Source: the human T2T-CHM13v2.0 reference genome, Homo sapiens
Reading direction: 5' to 3' (one strand)
DNA: 64,000 bases
Assembly (NCBI RefSeq): GCF_009914755.1
Contig: NC_060945.1
The translations under genes were made by a program, and so were the position numbers. How positions within the stretch are numbered: position 1 is the first letter of the stretch; each line of letters starts with the position of its first letter. Shown one piece after another: positions 1 to 12,919 of the stretch. The notes under the pieces were generated by a model, which was given only the letters and a program-made list of their open reading frames with translations, was not told the DNA's origin and did no database searches.

Positions 1-3000
1 GAATATTCAGAAGAGTGATTTCCCTGCAAACTCCATAAGTGCTTCTAAAATTATACTGATTAATATAATACACATAGATAAAAAGCTTCTCTCTCTTATA
101 AAATGTGTGAAAAGTTGCATGTATAATAAATAATACTATATTTAATTTCCTAAGTAATGAGTTCACAATGTAATTCCTTACTTAAAAATTTGAAATGATG
201 AGGATGAATATGTCAAAGATTATTACCAACAGAACAATATTTGTTCATCAACTTAGATGGCAGTAGAAATGATGATAATTTTGAAATAGGGCCAAGGCAC
301 TAGCTCATGCTCTGTAAGCATACTTGTACTAATAGGCTGAAGACCAGTGTTAAAGTTATCTTTTAGAATAGTAAAATAGCATATGAAAGATACTGCAGTG
401 GCAAAATATGAAGTTGGAAGTTGACTTGAATCTGCAAGAGTGGACCTCAAGAGGTTGTTTCTGGGTGAAAGTAGAGAATAAGTAATAGAAATATTTGAGA
501 ATCATTTAATTGGTAGAACTGTTTTATTCACTGTCATAATGGGTTTGGAGTAGAGGAAGTTAAAAAGGTGCTACAGGGTGCAAGTAGGTCTTCATGCTTG
601 CAGGATGCAGGCAGAGAGAGACAAGAAGTGAGTAAGACAAAAGAATATCAAACCATTTTCTAAGCATGGCCATTCAGCCTGTCAGATCTAAGACAGAGGA
701 CAGATGTGTAAGACAAGAAACATGGTTTTCATTTATAATACATGTTTCAGATTTAAAATTATTATTAACTGCTATAACTAAAATAAAAACAAAACACTCA
801 AAGTAATAAGGTAGTAATTATATTCATAGATAAATATAATGCAGTGGAATAATTGTTTGCAAATTAAATTAAATAATGAGAACAAAGAAAAATATTTCTT
901 TTTAAATTAAAATAATAATGTTTAATTTACAAGAGCAGAATTTGAAGTCCCAATATTTGATTTGAGATAATCTGAGAAGCCATTTTATAAATACACAAAT
1001 GAAATTTCTGAAACATTTGCTGGAAACATAGATATTACAATTATCAAATCCAATCTGTACCTTGAATATTTAGAACTACTGTAAGGTTGACATCCATTTA
1101 GCAAATGAAGTAGACATAAATATTTCATAACAGATTTAAATTTAAAACAAATTTTAAAGGATAAGACAATTAAAAATTGTGCTAATGACATATCAGATGA
1201 GCCATAAAATAATAAAAGAATAGCAAATTCAACAAAATAAAATCTCACTACTAAATATATGAATAAATCTGCTTACCAGTCGTCTATTTACATTAGATAA
1301 TAGTTTATATTTTGTACATGCATGTAATTTATATAAAGCAGATTTGTAGTTATTCATTTTAACTATTTGAAAGCTTTCTATGAACATATTTTATGGCGGA
1401 CATTTTCACTCATATGATATTACTGAGACCTGATGGAATCAAAGTTTTAAAAAGATATATAACATTTGTTGTACATAACAAATTTAGTTATATCTAATAA
1501 GTATCATGTCTTGGGAATTAAAACTTTAAGCATATGTTTAGTAAAATCTGATATAGTTAAACAGTCTACCTATTTACATAAAATACTTCAATGTTAAAAC
1601 CTCAGGTTTAGTTTTAATAATAAATACTCAAACACCATTGTTTCTTTCCAGTTGCCCTTTTTTGAATTGTATATTGCCTCACTTCTTATTTTTTCCTCTC
1701 TTGTCTCATGAAAAATATTATTTTGAAGTAAAGACCCTGTGTTTAAAATAGCAGTTAATTGAAAATGAAAATAAGAAATACACATTAAAGAAAAAAAACT
1801 TTGTTATAGAACGCTCTTGTTAATGCATAAGGATGTTATCCATTTTTTTTCTCCTGTTTGGTTCCTCCTCGGTTAGGAATAACTAGGTGTTTAGGAAGCA
1901 ATCTTAGGTAATGAAAACAATTAATTACCTTTTTGTAGTGTTTTTATATTTTAACAAGCAAGGACTAGTAATTATCTTGCTAAGGGAAAAATTGATTATT
2001 CCTTTATTTATAGAATAGTCTCTCATCCCTCATAAAATGATCAATAAAGCTGTACCTTGGCTTTACTAACAATTTCTTCTTTATCCATCTTTATTGTAAG
2101 CAAGCATCTTTTGATATCCATGCCCTGTGATGCTTACGCTTTTAGGAAAAAATTCTTCCTCAAAACAGTTCAAATAATATTATTCACTAATGACATATAA
2201 GACTTATTTGCTTTTCTAGTTTATTACTGAGTGAGGTTTGTTTGTTTGCTTGTTTATTTGTAATGGTAGAGAATTCTGAAAAAAAATTATAGGGTGAAAA
2301 TGAAAAGAAAAAGTAACAATCTTTGAATTGTAATAAATATATTATGACATATTATTATAGAAATGCAGTTTAAAATCTGTTTAGTGGCACTAGTACACAT
2401 AATTAATTATAGTGTATAAAGAAAAGTCACTTGTATTTGGCTTTAGATAGCAATATGATTTCAACCCATTTCTACCTTTCTAATAGTTTCCCTATAGTTA
2501 AGTGGACGATGAGGTTTACTTTCCTGAACATATTCAATCTGATAGTTAGGTGGAGGAAGCCAACAGAATGTTGCCACCCAATGTGGGTGGCAGAATGAAG
2601 TCAACCTTGGGTTTCATAAAAATCAGAATGATTGATAGATGTAACCAAGAGGTAAATAGAGAGAAATACACTAAAACAAAATATGAAAATTAAGATTTAC
2701 TAAAAAGTTCATTTGGGAAGGAATATTTTCTTTTGTATTATATGTAATCTTTAAATGTATGCTTTAGAAGTCAATATTACATGTAATTTTATCATTGTAG
2801 TTATATAACGTTAATGTATTCTCTTTCATTAAATCAAAATGAAACTATACTTTTTAAAAAAATATAAATATGGATAGTTTGCATTAATGTATTAAACTCC
2901 CCAAATGGGCTTTTCTCTACTAATGGAATTAAGAATATTTTATTTTTCTTAAATAAAAGCCAACCTGTGTAAGTGCAATGATATGATAAGACCAAAAATG

Positions 3001-3174
3001 TCCGCAATAATGTTGGAAGAAAGGTTTTAATAAAGTAATGCTTATTTAATTTATACTGTTAAAGTATAAAATCATTATAATGAAATAAGAAAACAAAAAA
3101 TGTAATGTCATTTGCAGATAAGAACTGTGAACTTTTTCTTTTTGGTTTCCAGGCCATTTTAAAAATTTTTAATT

Positions 3175-3290
3175 TAATCTTTTTAGAGATCAATTCTCCC
3201 TGTTTCCTGTGCTGGTCCCAAACTTCTTGGCTCAAGTGATCCTCCTGCCTCAATCTCCTAAGAAGCTGGGACTATAGGCATACTGTGCAC
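3175..3290 (-). mobile_element. Alu monomer (FLAM-like), diverged
   Basis: gctggtcccaaacttcttggctcaagtgatcctcctgcctc...agctgggactataggca matches the reverse complement of an Alu monomer. Confidence 0.8.
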
Positions 3291-3396
3291 TTCTTGATGT
3301 AATTATTTTCAGTGATTGTGTGTGTGTTCACAATATGATTTTTAGTGTAATATTTTATTATAATCATTCTCCATTTTATTTGCTCTCAACCAGTAT

Positions 3397-4008
3397 TGTA
3401 GACATAATTCTATGATTGCCTCAAAGAGTCCACTTCCTGGTGCATGGTCCCTATGTAATTACTGGAATTTGACAATACAATGGGCTGGTCACACCAGCCA
3501 TTAGGTTATGTTATATGGTATAGGGACTTTAAGAAAGGGAGGTTATTTTGGGTACACCTGAACTCTCAGGTGAGCCTTCAAAAGGCTCTTCCTAGAGAAG
3601 AACCTCAAAGCATAAGAGAGATTACATGATGAAGATTCTGCATTGCTGGCTTTGAAGATGGAGGGGCCACATGAGAAGGAATGGGACCAGTCTGTAGAAT
3701 TCAATAATGACCCTCAGCTGCTAGCCTGCAAGTAACTGGAAACCTCAATTCTACAACTGCAAGGAACTGAATTTGGCCAATGATCTGAATGAGCTGGAGA
3801 AAAAATAATTCCTTTGAGTCTTCAAAAATAAATAATATCTGGTGGACAACTTGATTTTAGCCTTGTAAGACTGTCATCAAAGAACTCAGCTGTACTTTTC
3901 TTTAGACATCTGGTTCGCAGAACTCATCCTAATAAATGGATGTTGTTTTAAGCCATGTAAGCCTCCACGTTTGTGAAATTTGTTAGAAAGCAATGGAAAA
4001 CTAATACA
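3397..4008 (+). mobile_element. MLT1-family MaLR solo LTR
   Basis: gctggctttgaagatggaggggccac, tctacaactgcaaggaactgaat and the terminal gcaatggaaaactaataca are typical MLT1 motifs. Confidence 0.8.
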
Positions 4009-4631
4009 ACTAGTATTTTTACACTGGATCTTGTTAACCTGAAATTAATTTCAAATTTCATTATATGCTTATTGGGCATGCTAAGAAGATGATCATGTCG
4101 TTAAATATTCTAGTGAATAGATGTCGCTCTTTCCTGTTTTCTCAAATCACATTTTAAAATTATCATAATCACATTAATGAGAATTTTGCAAGAAAATTTA
4201 GACACACTACCTCATGTAGCTGGATTAGGCAGAAGTGAACAACCGTTATTTTGCTTTTGTGCCTAAATATTAGTGCCTTACATAAAAAATTGACATCTTG
4301 TATTTTAAAGCTCCACAGAGAACAAATGTCACCATTTTTAGGTGACTTAAATATGGTTGTGACATTGTATAAGAAAGGGTTCATAAAGTAAGGACTGTGA
4401 AAACTGCTACATATATATTTATAAGCTACACTAAAGACATCTTGGAAATGGATATGTGGTTATTAGTCTAACGTATGGAATCACAGACATTTTCAGAAGT
4501 TTACTTCATAAAAATACATTTACTTATGTTTTAATCAACTATTATTTAAATCTATTAGAGCAGTATATATTTAGCTAAATAAATAACTATGTCAACCATA
4601 TATAAGCATCAACCATTTTATTCTGGAGCAG

Positions 4632-4911
4632 GTTTTTCTTTTAATTTTTATGTTTTTAGCATTTCTTTTATTTTTATATATTTTTATTATTTTAACCTTT
4701 GTTTTCGGTTCAGGGGTACATGTTCCAAGTTTATTATATAGGTGAACTTGTGTCATGTGGGTTGGTTGTACAGCTGATGTCATCACCCAGGTACTAAGCC
4801 TAGTGGTGTTAGTTTGTTTTCTGCAGTCTCTCCCTCTTCCCATCCTCCACCTTCTGATAGGCCCCAGTGTGTTTTCCCCTTCTATGTGTCCATGTGTTCT
4901 CCTCATTTAGC
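4632..4911 (-). mobile_element. 5'-truncated older L1PA 3' end (L1PA13-16-like)
   Basis: T-rich tail, then ttcaggggtacatg...catcacccaggtactaagcctag...gtgtccatgtgttct; flanked by the direct repeat ctggagcag (4623-4631 / 4912-4920). Confidence 0.85.
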
Positions 4912-5967
4912 CTGGAGCAGATTCAGATGACACTCTAAATGCTCTTGTAAAAATAAAAAGATTAGTCATTTTAAACTCTCATTATATTTTAGTATTGATC
5001 TGTCAGGAACTTCTTAAGTGAGCTCTAATCAATGTTTTCTTCTTATATTCTTTTAATTTTCTGTTGTAATTTAAACAGTTATGTGGTACAAGTTTCTCTG
5101 AGATTCTTTATAGAAAAACATAGAAAAATCATTTTAAACAGAGGCTTTTCAGAAACACCAACTTTATAAAGTTTTAATCTAGATAAAAATAATTTATTGG
5201 CTGACATGTCTTTACAAGAAAAATGTTCTTTTTTTCATAAGTTTGTGAAAAACAAAGGCAACACAAAATTTAGTTAAAAGCAACTATAATTTTCTCAGCA
5301 TAGATAACTGCCTATGCATTTGTTGCTTGTGAATACCTATAAATGGACTTCGGAACCTAAAATCATGGATATAATTGGGGAAAAAAAAGAATAAGCAAAT
5401 AAGCATTATGTCAAATTCTAATTATACTCTTTTATATAATTAAAATATTTAGGTTACTTCAGTCTGCATTTTAATTGTTAAATATCATTTAAAATAATTT
5501 CTTATATTCATTCATACTTACTGAAATATGTCCTGTCCTATTTTCTGGTTGTTACTAAAATTCTGTGATACTATTAAATTCAACTCTGGAAAGCACTGAA
5601 TTATATAACCTTTTTAAAATAAAATGGCATACATAGATTCCATGCTGAACAATGCACCTAATCTTATAGCATTTTATGTTACTAAAAAATGCTTTAATAA
5701 CGTATATTTTCTTCACAGTATGAGTATAAATTAACTAATGCTTGTCAAGTATAGTAATTTAAATTATTTAGGATGTCAGTAAACAAAGTTTAATTCTCTC
5801 CATCACCAGGAAAAAGTGGTTTTTCATGAAATAGTGAAGAAAAATGTATTTCCTGCCTATGAGTAGATAAAGTGACAGACATTATAATGACTTTAATCAA
5901 TGTTTCATATAGATTACATTATGGGAAAGAAGGAAGGAGAAATTTATATTATAAAACATATAAATGA

Positions 5968-5974
5968 ACACACA

Positions 5975-6012
<38 letters not shown>
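5968..6012. repeat. (CA)n microsatellite
   Basis: seen directly; one TA interruption. Confidence 0.98.
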
Positions 6013-6016
<4 letters not shown>

Positions 6017-6028
6017 TGTAACCTTACC

Positions 6029-9000
6029 TTCTGGTTTCTAGTCTGGCATGTAAAGAGCTTGGAAGTTGCCAATCTGTCCTGACAAGTAAAAGCTGAACAC
6101 TCTGAAAAACTGACAACTCTTCTTGCATCTATCAGAGAAGTGAGGTAATATAGCAAACCACTACCATCAAAATTGCAGAGACAAACAAGTGAATTCAGAG
6201 AATCACGACCTACTGGAGCAGAATCACAACTTACTGGAGCAGAAACCTCCATGGGAAACAGTACCAGGGCGGAAAATCCTAAACTGTAATTGACAAATTG
6301 CTGGAGGCTCAGTATGAACAAGTTTGAGACTTAAACACTCCAGGGGGACCCATTCATACAGGGGCCTGCAAACTTGTGTGAGTTTTACCTCAAGGTGCTC
6401 ATGTTGTCACAGTAAATATCAGAAAAACTCCCTTCCTGCAGGAGGAGGGGTAATAAAAACACTAAAATACGCCAGAGCACTATTTTCTTCCTAACAAGAT
6501 CCACCCTCAAGACACTCTTTTATCTCAGCCTAAATTATTAGATTTTTTAAAGAGCCTAACTGATCGGAAGGGAAATACCCAACTCCAGCTCTCTGCAGTC
6601 ATCCTGCCTCACTAACAGGGAGTGGAGGACGATGCTGAGAACCACATGTAAAGTTCATAGACCAAAGGCACAGGCTTATTAAAAAATTGAAACCAAATTA
6701 TAGGACTATAGAATGCTTCCCATTCCCCCCTTTACATTACCACAACATTACTGAAGGCCTATTTACCACAGTACCTTTTACCCAGTGCATCATAACTTGC
6801 TATCAATAAAAACATTAAAGTATATTAAAAGGTGAAAACCACAGTTTAAAGAGATAGATAAACATCAGAACTAGATTCAGACATGGCAGGAATGCTGGAC
6901 TTATCAGTCTAGGAATTTAAAGCAGTTATTTTTAATATGCTAAGGACTTTACTGGACAAAATAGACAACATGCAAGAAGAGATGTGCAATGTCAGCTGAG
7001 ATATGGGAATTCTAAAAAAGAATACAAATTAAATGCTAGAGATCAAAACATTGTAACAAAAATAAAGAATGCCTTTGATAGGCTTATGAGTAGACTGAAA
7101 TCTCCAAGCTTGAAATGTCAATGGAAACTTCAAAAATGGAAAAGCAAGGAGAAAAAAGACTGGATAAATAATAAAGTATATCTAAGAACTGTGGGCCAAG
7201 TACAAGTGGTATAACACATATGTAAAGTGAATACCAGAAGGAAAAGAAAGAGAGAAACAGAAGCAATATTTGAAGTAATAATGACTAAGAATTTCCCTAC
7301 ATTAATGCTAGATGTCAAACCACAGATCCAAGAAACTCAGAGAACGCCAAGTAGTTTAATGCAAAAAAGAAAAAGAAAAATATGCCTAAGTGTATTTTAT
7401 TCAAATTGCAGAAAATAAAAGAATAAAAAAAATTTAAAGAAGGCTGGGGAGGGGATTAGGGAGTACACCCTAACTATAGAGTAGCAAAATTATAAATTAC
7501 ATCTGACTTTTCTTCAGAATCTATGCAAACAGAAGGAGAATTGATTGAAATATTTAAAGTATTGAGAGTAGAAAGCCACCAATCTCAAGATCTGCACCCT
7601 GCAAAATTATTGTTTGAAAATAAAAACTTTCTTAGACAAACAAAAATTGAGGGAATTTGTGACCAGTAGACATGCCTTACAAGAAATCTTAAAAGTTCTT
7701 CACACAGAAGGATGTAATATAAATCAGTAAAGTGGATCTACCTAAAGAAAAGAAGATCATCAGAGAAGGAAGACGTGAAGGTAAAATAATTACCTTTATT
7801 TTCTTATTCTTAATTGATCTAACAGATAACAGTTTGTTCAAAATAGTAACAGCAACAATGTGACAATTATGTATGCTTATGTGTAAGTAAAATGAATGAC
7901 AGTGAGAAATGAGTGATCCAAGGACTAGTAAGAATTGCTAAGTTCTGACACAAGGAATGGTGGAATTAGGAATTTTTTTTACTAAAAACTACTCGTATTA
8001 TTTATGAAGAGGTATGGTGTTATGTCAAAATAGATTAATTGTAAATGTATACTTAGGTATAAATCTAATAAAATTTATGTAATTACAAAACTGATGGAAA
8101 AAATCAAGGAACTAAAAAAGTGAAAAGATATTCTCTTCATGAATAGGAGGCTTCAATATTGTCAAGATGTCAGTTCTTCCAAACTTATCTACAGATTCTA
8201 TGTAATCTCAGTCAAAATCCTAGTAAGTGGTTTTGTGAATATCAACAAACTATTTTAAAGTTTATATGGAGAGGCAAGAAACTCCAAATAGCCAGCACAA
8301 TATGAAGGAGAATAAACACTACCCAACTTTAAGACTTATTGTAAAGCTACAGTAATCAAGACAATATGGTACTGGTGAAAGAATAGACAAATAGTTCAAT
8401 GAAAAGTTCAACCATTGTGGAAGTCAGTGTGGCGATTCCTCAGGAATCTAGAACTAGAAATACCATTTGACCCAGCCATCCCATTACTGGGTATATACCC
8501 AAAGGACTATAAATCATGCTGCTATAAAGACACATGCACACGTATGTTTATTGCGGCACTATTCACAATAGCAAAGACTTGGAACCAACCCAAATGTCCA
8601 ACAATGATAGACTGGATTAAGAAAATGTGGCACATATACACCATGGAATACTATGCAGCCATAAAAAATGATGAGTTCATGTCCTTTGTAGGGACATGGA
8701 TGAAATTGGAAACCATCATTCTCAGTAAACTATCGCAAGAACAAAAAACCAAACACCGCATATTCTCACTCACAGGTGGGAATTGAACAATGAGATCACT
8801 TGGACACAGGAAGGGGAATATCACACTCTGGGGACTGTGGTGGGGTCGGGGGAGGGGGGAGGGATAGCATTGGGAGATATACCTAATGCTAGATGACACG
8901 TTAGTGGGTGCAGCGCACCAGCATGGCACATGTATACATATGTAACTAACCTGCACAATGTGCACATGTACACTAAAACTTAGAGTATAATAAAAAAAAA

Positions 9001-10545
9001 ATAAAAAATAAATAAAAAATAAAATAAAAAAAAAAAAGAATAGAAAGTCTGCAATTAAACCCATGTAAATATAGTCGATTTATGTTTGACAAAAGACCAA
9101 TGACAACACAGTGCAGTAAAGACAGTCTTTTCAAAAAATAGCGCTGAAATAACTAGACATCCATATGCCAAAAAATAAAAATAAATAAAATCTAGACACA
9201 GGTCTCACACCCTCCACAAAAATTAAGTGAAATGGATCAAAGATCTAAAAGTCAAATGCAAGACTACAAAACTCCTGGAAGATAATATATGAGGAAGCCG
9301 AGATATACTTGAGTATACTGATGACTTTTTAATACAACACCAAAGATACAAATCATGAAAGAAAAAATTGAGAAGCTGGACTTCATTAAAATTAAAAACT
9401 TGCTCTGCTAAAGACGTTGTCAAGAAAATGAGAAGATAAACCACAAACTAAGGGAAAATATTTGCAAAAATGTATTTGGTAAAGTATTGTTATCCAAAAT
9501 ATACAAGGAACTCATAAATTCAATATGAAAATGAACAACACAACTAAAAAAGTGGACAAAAGATTTGAACAGACGCCTAGCCAAAGAAGATATACAAAAT
9601 GCAAATAAGCACATGAAAAGATACTCCATGTCATATGTCATTAGAGAGTTGCAAATTGAAACAACAATAAGATACCCCTATACAGCTGTTAAAATGTTGA
9701 AAATACAAAATATTAACAATACCAAATGTTGGTAAAAATGTGGAGCAACAGAAACTCTTCACTGCTGGGACAAATGCAAAATGGTACAGACATTTGAAAG
9801 GCAGATTAGTAATTTATTATAAAATTAAACATACTCTTACCATATGTTCCAGCGATTACACCACTTGTTATTTACCCAAATGAGTTGAAAGCATGTCCAT
9901 ACAAAAACCTCACAAATGTTTATAGCAGCTTCATAAAAATTTGGAAGCAACTAAGATGTCCTTCATCAGTGAGCAGATAAATTGGAGTTCAGCCATTCAA
10001 CGGAGCTTTATTCAGTGCTAAAGAGAAATGAGCTGTCAAATTATGAGAAGACATGGAGGAAACTCAAATGCACATTACTAAGTAAAAGAAGTCAATGTGA
10101 AAAAGCAACACACTGTATGATTCCAACTATATGACATTCTAGAAAAGACAAGTTATGGAGACAGTGAAAGGATCCGTAGTTTCCAAGGGTTTAGGGGAAA
10201 GAAGAGATGAATAGGAGGAACACAAATATATTGTCAGGGAAGTGAAACTACTCTGTATTATACCATATTGATGGATACTGTCATTATACATTTGTTAAAA
10301 TTCATAGAATTATACAACTCCAAGTGTGAACCTTAATTTAAACTGTGGACTTTGCTCACATGATAATGTCAGTGTAGGCTCATCAACCTTAACAATACAT
10401 GAGATACCTCTCCAGTGATAGCAAGCAAAGATGTGCAAATGTGAGTGCAGGGAAAATCTCTGTAACTTCAGCTCAATTTTGTTGTGAATCTAAAACTTCT
10501 CTAAAAAATGAAGTCTATTAAAAAGTTTTCAATAAAATAAAAAAT
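6029..10545 (+). mobile_element. Old L1MC (L1MCa-type 5' end, L1MC1/2-type 3' end), internally deleted and interrupted by L1HS
   Basis: 5' UTR ctggcatgtaaagagcttggaagttgcc; decayed ORF1 at about 6830-7720 (track peptide EAIFEVIMTKNFPTLMLDVKPQIQETQRTPS); ORF2 3' part from about 8055; 3' end ctcaattttgttgtgaatctaaaac...aagtctattaaaaa. Confidence 0.85.
8405..9037 (+). mobile_element. L1HS pre-Ta (ACG/G) 5'-truncated insertion: ORF2 C-terminal remnant, 3' UTR and poly(A)
   Basis: Nearly identical to recalled L1HS 3' end; ORF 8415-8786 is the ORF2p C-terminus; diagnostic ACG at 8898-8900 and G at 8983; A-rich tail at about 8989-9037. Confidence 0.95.
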
Positions 10546-10568
10546 CTTATTCTGCTCATTTTCTAGAC

Positions 10569-10787
10569 CAGAGATTATTAGCCTGGGGTAATTTTGTTCC
10601 CCACTGTCAGGGACATTTAGCAGAGACTGGAGATATTTTTGATTGTCACACTTTCATGAGACTATGGGAGTGTTGCTGCTGGCAGTCAGTGGGTAGAAAC
10701 AAGAGATATTTCTAAACATCCTATGATGTGTAGCTAACAAGTGTTAACCAACCTCAACTGTCAACAGTGCCAGGATGAGAAACACTG
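10569..10787 (+). mobile_element. MER20 (hAT-Charlie non-autonomous element)
   Basis: cagggacatttagcagagactggagatatttttgattgtcaca...taaacatcct...gagaaacactg; CTAG-centred 8-bp flanks ttctagac/ccctagag. Confidence 0.85.
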
Positions 10788-12429
10788 CCCTAGAGCATGC
10801 GAAGTAGATTTCTCTTGACCAGTGCATATCCCGAACTAAGCAAACATTTGTCTGATAACCTTTAAAACCCTGGAATCTCTCATTACAATTCTGCTAATTC
10901 TCCATGGAAGCATGTGCCAATACTTTCATTTGAGATGTTATGTGAACATGTCATTATAAATAACAACTTGCATGTAGTGCATTAGAATTTGAATCTATAT
11001 AAAATTCATGAAAAATGATATTGCCAGGTTCATCATGGATATGCAAAGGTTTAACCTCAAAGTGATCCAACTACAAACCAAGTCTTTAGGCTTATCTATC
11101 AGGTTTAGTTCATATGCCCGCATATACCACCACAGAATGTCCTATGCCCAGCTGGCTGCTTGCCTGTGCATCTCTGTTCTTGTTGGGCCTGGCAGCCCTC
11201 TTCCAAATGTTAACACTGAGGCACGTGAGCCTTCAGGATAACAAACTTACATGCTAGAGATAATCATAGAGAGTGCAGTGCCAGCAGTTGGTGAGCAGAT
11301 TTTGAGTCATGTTTAGACTTGCCACTGAAATTCTGCAAGAAAAGAACATCAGAAGTGAGGAAAAGACAAATAAAAATATCTTCAGGATTTGGCATTATAA
11401 ACTATATACAGCCTCACATTTTTAAATTTTGCCATGGACTTCCTGTTACCATTCCATTGAAAATACACTAATGTGAAAAGTTCCTGAAGATTCCATGTTG
11501 CTTTCTAACTATTTGATAATCACAAAGATGGCATCTCTTTTTTTCCTCCCATTCCTCATATTCCTCTTCCTCTCAATTCCACGGAAGGGAAAAGTAGCAA
11601 AAGGTGTTTGAGCCATAAGTTAGTGGAGTCCCAGGTGTCACAATAAATGTTGTGCATTATTTTCTCACACATCACTTGAGTGAAAACTTTGTGTATCGAA
11701 TTTAGGAAACTATTGATTGCCTTTCCTCCTGGAGAATAATTATAGACAAAGTTTTATTTAAAAAATCCAATAGTTACTGAGGGAAACGTAGGGAAAGAGG
11801 AATAGACCAGTCCAGTTAAAACAAAACAAAATAAAACAAACAAACAAAAAACACTAGAGCAACAATGGGATGACATCTGTTGAAAAGAAATTCAGTACCG
11901 GGCCAGAAGTGAGCGGGCTGGCTGGCCAAACATTATGCATTGTGTAATATATTGGATCCATTGTGACACTATGCATTTTCAGTTAAATTTATAAAATTTA
12001 TGATATCGATTGCTCATATGATTTTTCTTGTAAAAAAGCATGTGAGATAGAGCCAAAATAGGTAAATTGTTTTGAAGGCCTGAAGCACAAACACAAAAGT
12101 TTGGGAATATCCAGAGGATGTTTGGAGAGTCTTTTATCATCCCAGTTCACACTGGGATAACTTATTGATTTATAGACAGAAAGCCCATGATATACAGGAG
12201 ATGTGGATTTAACTAATTCAAAATAAAATTAATATCCTACTTGATTTATTTCTCAATCTTATGATTTTTCAGATGTGAACAAAAATTACTCTGGTAAAAT
12301 GAATTATTTCTAACATTATAAATCCAAGAATAAGAGGATTAAAAATGAAAAGAACATATAAGCAAGTTGAAGGAAACCTGACCTTAGGAATTCCACTGTA
12401 AATAATCTTTCAGTTTACTGCTATATACA

Positions 12430-12919
<490 letters not shown>

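Noticed and set aside
8415-8786. 123-aa ORF as a gene
   Set aside because: It is the C-terminal end of L1 ORF2p in a 5'-truncated L1HS, with no promoter and a non-ATG start.
8830-8863. G-quadruplex-forming tract
   Set aside because: It is a standard feature of the L1HS 3' UTR.
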